Positions 17,402 through 22,208 of a DNA stretch of 22,208 nucleotides are shown here, piece by piece (the first letter of the stretch is position 1; every line of letters begins with the position of its first letter). The stretch is from assembly GCA_050331235.1 (NCBI GenBank), contig JBHJHA010000033.1, positions 1-22,208 of the forward strand. The letters are read 5' to 3'. This stretch comes from Leptolyngbyaceae cyanobacterium. Its GTDB lineage: Bacteria > Cyanobacteriota > Cyanobacteriia > Phormidesmidales > Phormidesmidaceae. The position numbers and the translations under genes are program-made. The notes below the pieces were generated by a model. That model was given only the letters and a program-made list of their open reading frames with translations, made no database searches and was not told the DNA's origin.

Positions 17402-17779
17402 CTACCTATGGCAATACGGTCCGACGAATCGTTCAAAAACCAGCACTATAGAAACTCCCATCGTGTAAGCGATGAGGTCTTCCCAGCTAAAGGTGGTACC
17501 AATGACGGTGCGAGCCACTGGCGAGGCCGCTAGCCCCAAGACCTCAACAATCTTAAAATACTGCAGCAGCTCCACGCCAAAGGCTAAGAGCAGTACCCCC
17601 ACCCCAGTGATTACAGCCGAAAACGGGAAGACAGCCCTCACCACTGCATAAATCAAAATAACTACTAAAACATCGCCAACATAGGGGCGAATAATAGCAT
17701 CGTCGATGAATAGGGCAATGCCGAGTTCAAGAATAAACAGTGCTACTGACCAAATCAGGTAATAGGGCTTGAGTTTCAT
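17402..17779 (-). CDS. DUF2809-family membrane protein
   Basis: IRPYVGDVL, VELLQY, IGTTFSWEDLIAY. Confidence 0.85.
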   Translation of the reverse strand: MKLKPYYLIWSVALFILELGIALFIDDAIIRPYVGDVLVVILIYAVVRAVFPFSAVITGVGVLLLAFGVELLQYFKIVEVLGLAASPVARTVIGTTFSWEDLIAYTMGVSIVLVFERFVGPYCHR

Positions 17780-17858
17780 CGCATCTTCCTTGCTGATATC
17801 TGATTAAGAACTGCATTTATGTCAAGCCAGTAAAACTCATGGAGAATTACTCACTGGC

Positions 17859-18629
17859 TCACTCAAGGAACCCATATGGATGTACTTGATTAAAGTCAGA
17901 TCCATCTTCAAACAAGATGTTCGCTTTGTCCCCAGTTTCAACATGCCTAATAACACCTTTCTTTTGAGGCCCGTCTAGGCTGTCAACATTCGCTGTGTAA
18001 AGAACTGGTTCCAGCAAGTCTCTTATCTTTGAGATACTTAAAAGCTTTTTTGTGGTTTCCTTGTCAAAAGTATAAGTTCGCGAAATATTGCCATTGAAAT
18101 CCAGCACAAGAAAGGAATCTTCGGTGCCTATTCTTACTGGCTTAAGTGCTGAGTTGATATTATTGATGACGCTTCTTTCTACATAAGGCTTTATTTCGCG
18201 CGATGAGTAATCGCGAATAAAATCTTGATGGGACTTGATAAGATCTTCAGGTGGGAGGGTTCTTTTTCTTTCTCTTATTGTGTCAAGTAAAACTCTTTGT
18301 CTCTCTTCTCCTTCACTTAAGTTTTCAGCATCATATACAGGATTTAGTATTTCAATTATTTTGTCTATTACTTGCTTAAGTTCGGGGAACTTCTCAACTA
18401 TTTTTAGGATAAAAGAGCCTTCTTCAAAGTCTTCTACGCTTATTTCAAATACAGCTCTTCTATAGTCCTCGGAAGACATTCTTTCATGCTTTGTGATGCC
18501 TCCTCTTTCCAGGTCAAGATATGCACGCTCTAGAGCGACCTGGAGTCCATGCAGAGTGTCGGCAAGATCTTTTATGGATACCTTACCTTGCCGTCCTAAG
18601 TCTCCTCGGTAAGTTACTGTTATGGGCAT
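17859..18629 (-). CDS. Hypothetical low-GC protein (256 aa), possibly 3'-truncated
   Basis: Long ORF. Two hand-counted 60-nt lines gave 30% and 37% GC, visibly below the flanks. No HIP1 site seen. Confidence 0.75.
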   Translation of the reverse strand: MPITVTYRGDLGRQGKVSIKDLADTLHGLQVALERAYLDLERGGITKHERMSSEDYRRAVFEISVEDFEEGSFILKIVEKFPELKQVIDKIIEILNPVYDAENLSEGEERQRVLLDTIRERKRTLPPEDLIKSHQDFIRDYSSREIKPYVERSVINNINSALKPVRIGTEDSFLVLDFNGNISRTYTFDKETTKKLLSISKIRDLLEPVLYTANVDSLDGPQKKGVIRHVETGDKANILFEDGSDFNQVHPYGFLE

Positions 18630-18671
18630 TGTTCAAATAAATGGCGATTCAAAGTCTAAATTAGATGAGAA

Positions 18672-18827
18672 CTAAGCTTCACCATTTTCTTCGCCTTTTT
18701 CAATTTCTTCCGGCTTCACCCGCACAACTGCCTTTACAAAATCCTGAAACTCCTCCCAGCTAGCGGTAGCTTGAACATTTTCTACTTTCTTCCGTGTATC
18801 TGCCATGGTTGTTTCTCGTGTCGTCAT
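18672..18827 (-). CDS. Small charged protein (51 aa from ATG 18827, or 44 aa from ATG 18806)
   Basis: MTTRETTMADTRKKVENVQATASWEEFQDFVKAVVRVKPEEIEKGEENGEA, preceded by a promoter-like sequence. Confidence 0.5.
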   Translation of the reverse strand: MTTRETTMADTRKKVENVQATASWEEFQDFVKAVVRVKPEEIEKGEENGEA

Positions 18828-18833
18828 GCCCGT

Positions 18834-18862
18834 AGAGTACCAGCGACTACGAGCCCTGTCAG
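18834..18862 (-). promoter_or_regulatory. Sigma70-like promoter for the small ORF and low-GC gene
   Basis: CTGACA-17 nt-TACTCT with an extended TG. The -10 ends 6 nt before ATG 18827. Confidence 0.45.
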
Positions 18863-18906
18863 GTGCATAGAAGACTAAGTTATGAAATAATGCATTGCGA
18901 ATTAAG

Positions 18907-20547
18907 CTAATGCCATCTTGATGCGTCAAGTATATTAATGCCATAAGTATCGTCTTCAAGGGTTTGGCTAATTTCCTGAGCCAGATCAAAGAGGCCGGCC
19001 TCGGCCAACCGAATCGCCAGGTGCAGCCTACCGATGCCTAGGCCATGATTAAGCGCAACTGTGCTGGTTTGATCAACCCTGTCAGCAGCGTCCAATGCCT
19101 GTTCTAGCACTGCCAAAAACTGCTCAGGGTTTTCCTGCTCTAGCACGATCGCAATTTCAACCAGTGCCATCATGCTGTAGTAGCTTGAAGGAATCAGTTG
19201 CGCAACTGCGATCGCGGCGTCAATTTCTCCCTCAGCCGCTAGCTGAATGGCAATAGCTGCGGGTTCCATATAAGAGTTTTTCCTTTCTAAGGTCGCCAAG
19301 CACTGAGTGCGAAAAGCCATGGGCGATGGTCTTGTGGGAATCGGCAGTGGATTGACTGAAGGCAGCGGTGTTGTGGGCAAGGAAGATGGCACCGATGGGG
19401 GCAAGGGCTCCAGTAGTCCGTCCGGCGATCGTTGTAGCCGACCTAAAGGGGCATGGATGGAGGTTCCTCTTGACAGGACTGTCTGTTTATTGGGATGCCT
19501 CCATGCTGGCTCTGTCTGGGACAGTCTTGGGGCGGTCAGCCGTTCATCTCCTGACTCATTCACCGCTGCTGGCGGTTGATCAATATCTTCTAAAATTTGT
19601 AGAAGCTGGCTGGCTTGCGCATATTCCCCAGCGTCTACCAGATGGATGCAGATTTCTGACAGCCAGCGGTTGCGGTAGACCGGGTCATCCACGGTTTCCG
19701 CCAATCCAGCCAGAAACTCGTGTTGTCCGTCTCTGAGCAAAGGCTCGAAAATGCTTGGATAGAATGGTGAACTAACCGCCTCATCGAATTGGGCAGTTTG
19801 CAAAAGTTCGCCGACGAGCTGCTCTGCCTGCTGGCGATCGCCAGTTGTGAGGAGCCCTATAGCTAAGTGGCTCAGTGCGTTACCTCGGCCATAAAAATAT
19901 AGGCCTTCAGCGGATTGTACGGCTGTATTGGCGGCGATCGCGGGCTGTAGTAAGGTCCGCGCGGTGACTAACTGGCCCATCGCTGCATACTGACCGGCCA
20001 CGACCACCAACGGCTGAACGTTGAGATAACCTTGGGCGCTAGTCGTCTCGAGGAGATCGGTCGCCTCGGCCAAAGTTTGCTCCGCTTGCTCCCATTGCTG
20101 AGCATCGGCTTGCTGGGCCGCGATCGCAGTCAGCGCGAGCACCTTGGGCTGTACGTAGCTCGATACATGGATCAGGGCTTTGGCATATTCATCATCGCCA
20201 ATCGCTGACAACTGCACTGCTACTTCTGTGAGCAGAGCAGCCTGCCGGTACTCAAGGCTGAGATCGCGAGCTACCGCCGGCAACAGTGGAGAATTGAGCA
20301 CATCACTGTATTCAAAAATACAATTGTCAGGAGCGGTCACCAAGCAGCGCTGAAGCTCTCCCCTTCGAGGAAAGTAATCGAGATGCTCGGATAGGTTGAT
20401 GCTGCTAGAGGATTCCGCTCGTGCCGCAGCCGCAGCGGCAATACCCAGAGAAACAAGCCCCAGCAGTCCACTGGCTAGGCACCGAGTTACCCAATGATGC
20501 CTAAATTGTTTGCTGTACCCTGTGCATTTAGAAGAAATCGGTACCAT
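18907..20547 (-). CDS. Exported alpha-helical (TPR-like) repeat protein with proline-rich linker
   Basis: Hydrophobic N-terminal segment ending AAAARA, helical repeats of the AL..IA...A..G....A type, and the linker PLPPSVPSSLPTTPLPSVNPLPIP. Confidence 0.7.
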   Translation of the reverse strand: MVPISSKCTGYSKQFRHHWVTRCLASGLLGLVSLGIAAAAAARAESSSSINLSEHLDYFPRRGELQRCLVTAPDNCIFEYSDVLNSPLLPAVARDLSLEYRQAALLTEVAVQLSAIGDDEYAKALIHVSSYVQPKVLALTAIAAQQADAQQWEQAEQTLAEATDLLETTSAQGYLNVQPLVVVAGQYAAMGQLVTARTLLQPAIAANTAVQSAEGLYFYGRGNALSHLAIGLLTTGDRQQAEQLVGELLQTAQFDEAVSSPFYPSIFEPLLRDGQHEFLAGLAETVDDPVYRNRWLSEICIHLVDAGEYAQASQLLQILEDIDQPPAAVNESGDERLTAPRLSQTEPAWRHPNKQTVLSRGTSIHAPLGRLQRSPDGLLEPLPPSVPSSLPTTPLPSVNPLPIPTRPSPMAFRTQCLATLERKNSYMEPAAIAIQLAAEGEIDAAIAVAQLIPSSYYSMMALVEIAIVLEQENPEQFLAVLEQALDAADRVDQTSTVALNHGLGIGRLHLAIRLAEAGLFDLAQEISQTLEDDTYGINILDASRWH

Positions 20548-20757
20548 GTAATCTCTGAGTTAGCCCAACTTCGATCATTGGGAGACTGCCATCAAGCCGC
20601 TCGTGATCGCTAACGTTTTGACTGAAATAGTGGCAAGTTTGCTCAAGTTGCTTGGCTCAGGAGACAAACTCTTAAGCGCAGCTTCAACCTTTAACCCAAA
20701 CTCACATGCCAAAATGCACACTAATATGAAAGATGTCGCGATTTCTGGCAGCGTTTT

Positions 20758-21912
20758 ATGACTTCAGTGGTTACCTCTAATCAGTCTCAGGGCATGGAGG
20801 ATGCTAAGCACGGCATGCCCGTCACCATTATCACGGGCTTTTTGGGCAGTGGCAAAACCACTCTGCTAAATCATATCTTGAGCAATCAAGAAGGGCTAAA
20901 GACAGCGGTATTGGTCAATGAATTTGGCGAAATCGGCATTGATAACGACCTCCTGATCACGACTGACGAAAGCGACGACACGATGGTGGAGCTCAGCAAT
21001 GGCTGCATTTGCTGCACTATCAACAACGATTTGATGGACGCCGTTTATAAAGTGCTCGAGCGACAAGACAAAATTGACTACTTGGTCGTGGAGACTACAG
21101 GGCTAGCCGATCCGCTCCCCATCGCGCTCACGTTCTTAGGCACGGAACTGCGCGATTTAACCCGTCTTGACTCCATCATTACCGTAGTGGATGCCGAAAA
21201 CTATAGCTTGGATCTGTTCAACAGCCAGGCTGCTTACAATCAAATCGCCTATGGCGACATCATTTTGCTGAACAAGGCCGATCTGGTGAGTCCAGATGCT
21301 CTAGATGGACTTGAGGGCAAAATTTACGATGTCAAAGAGGGCGCTCGCATCATCCGGACGACTCGCTCCGAGGTCCCGCTACCGCTGATTCTGAGTGTGG
21401 GTCTGTTTGAGTCTGATCAATATTTCGGTCAAAATGCTGAATCAGATCATGACCACCATCACCACGAGCATCATGACCACGACCACCATCATCACGATGT
21501 TCATGATCACCATGACCATAGCAACTGCGATCACGATCATGGCCACTGCGAGCATGATCACGACCATGAGCACCACCATCACTCCGATCACTTAGCAATA
21601 GATGGGTTCACCTCAATTTCTTTCGAAAGCGATCGCCCCTTTGCTATTCGCAAGTTTCAACATTTCCTAGACAATCAGCTTTCTAACAACATCTTTCGAG
21701 CGAAAGGCATTCTCTGGTTTGATGAGAGCCCTAAACGTCACATCTTTCACCTGAGCGGTAAACGCTTTTCTTTAGATGACGATGAGTGGAAAGGCGAGCC
21801 TAAAAATCAGATTGTTTTGATCGGCCAAGATCTTGACCATGAGACTCTGCGTCAACAGCTCAACCAGTGCCTATGCTTGTCCTCTAGTAGCAGCGGTCAG
21901 GGGTTCGGTTGA
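20758..21912 (+). CDS. COG0523/CobW-family G3E GTPase metallochaperone with His-rich insert
   Basis: TGFLGSGKTT, VNEFGEIGID, GCICC, ETTGLADP, NKAD, a long His/Asp tract and a CobW C-terminal domain (FRAKG). Confidence 0.95.
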   Translation: MTSVVTSNQSQGMEDAKHGMPVTIITGFLGSGKTTLLNHILSNQEGLKTAVLVNEFGEIGIDNDLLITTDESDDTMVELSNGCICCTINNDLMDAVYKVLERQDKIDYLVVETTGLADPLPIALTFLGTELRDLTRLDSIITVVDAENYSLDLFNSQAAYNQIAYGDIILLNKADLVSPDALDGLEGKIYDVKEGARIIRTTRSEVPLPLILSVGLFESDQYFGQNAESDHDHHHHEHHDHDHHHHDVHDHHDHSNCDHDHGHCEHDHDHEHHHHSDHLAIDGFTSISFESDRPFAIRKFQHFLDNQLSNNIFRAKGILWFDESPKRHIFHLSGKRFSLDDDEWKGEPKNQIVLIGQDLDHETLRQQLNQCLCLSSSSSGQGFG

Positions 21913-21933
21913 TCGGTCTGGCCGCCCACCCCT

Positions 21934-22208
21934 CAGGGCTGATTCACTGTGACGAGATAAAAATTATGCTCTAAGGCAACCTCTATCACCAGAGTTGCCA
22001 TGAACCTCATCGAAGCCCTCCAGACTGTTCCGGTTTATCGCCAGGCGCGTGGGATACGTCATCCGCTATGGATCATTTAGGTGTTCATCGTGATGGGGAA
22101 TTTAGCGGGGTATCGTGGAATCGTCCGTTGGAAGAGTTTGCGAAACGCTACGGCCCCGAGGTGGCTCGCTTGTTGGAGATTGAACTCGCTGCGGTCCCGT
22201 CTTTCTCA
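21934..22208 (+). mobile_element. Degenerate ISAs1-family element, left end and 5' transposase pseudogene (continues beyond the window)
   Basis: CAGGGCTGATTCA end. From ATG 22000 it reads MNLIEALQTVPVYRQARGIRHPLWII*VFIVMGNLAGYRG, then frameshifts near 22120 to RPLEEFAKRY...AVPSFS. Stop at 22078-22080. Confidence 0.85.

Larger units (their letters stand above)
1337..21636. repeat. Dispersed HIP1 octamers (GCGATCGC)
   Basis: About 21 copies counted by eye (e.g. 1337, 1968, 3321, 4153, 4509, 5223, 6115, 9031, 11430, 15543, 16083, 19208, 21629). Fewer than one is expected by chance. Confidence 0.9.

Noticed and set aside
20548..20757. Zur box upstream of the COG0523 gene
   Set aside because: No TGATAATnATTATCA-like palindrome found.
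21445..21592. CAC/GAC/CAT repeats as a CRISPR or tandem array
   Set aside because: In-frame His/Asp-rich coding tract typical of COG0523 proteins. No repeat-spacer structure was seen anywhere in the window.

Overview
Cyanobacterial chromosomal DNA: about 21 HIP1 GCGATCGC octamers counted by eye, plus typical cyanobacterial gene families. Left end (1-1085): the 3' tail of a group II intron (end of an HNH-bearing intron-encoded protein, domains V and VI), then a membrane-protein gene broken by two in-frame stops and closed by an integron attC-like site. This looks like a gene cassette directly behind an intron. Next come a small gene with LexA-like boxes and a 1293-aa phosphate-scavenging protein (phytase-like domain with two inserted GDPD domains). 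A collapsed mobile relic (IS982 fragment, internally deleted IS1, integrase 5' stub) sits at the 3' end of tRNA-Thr(TGT). The middle holds core genes (ycf29/rre1-like regulator, 2Fe-2S ferredoxin, minE, minD, queuosine-precursor transporter, Uma2) and a TetR-controlled six-gene redox/detoxification cluster. The right part holds DUF2809, a low-GC insert, a secreted TPR-like protein, a COG0523 GTPase and the start of a degenerate ISAs1. All family assignments come from motif recognition, not database searches.
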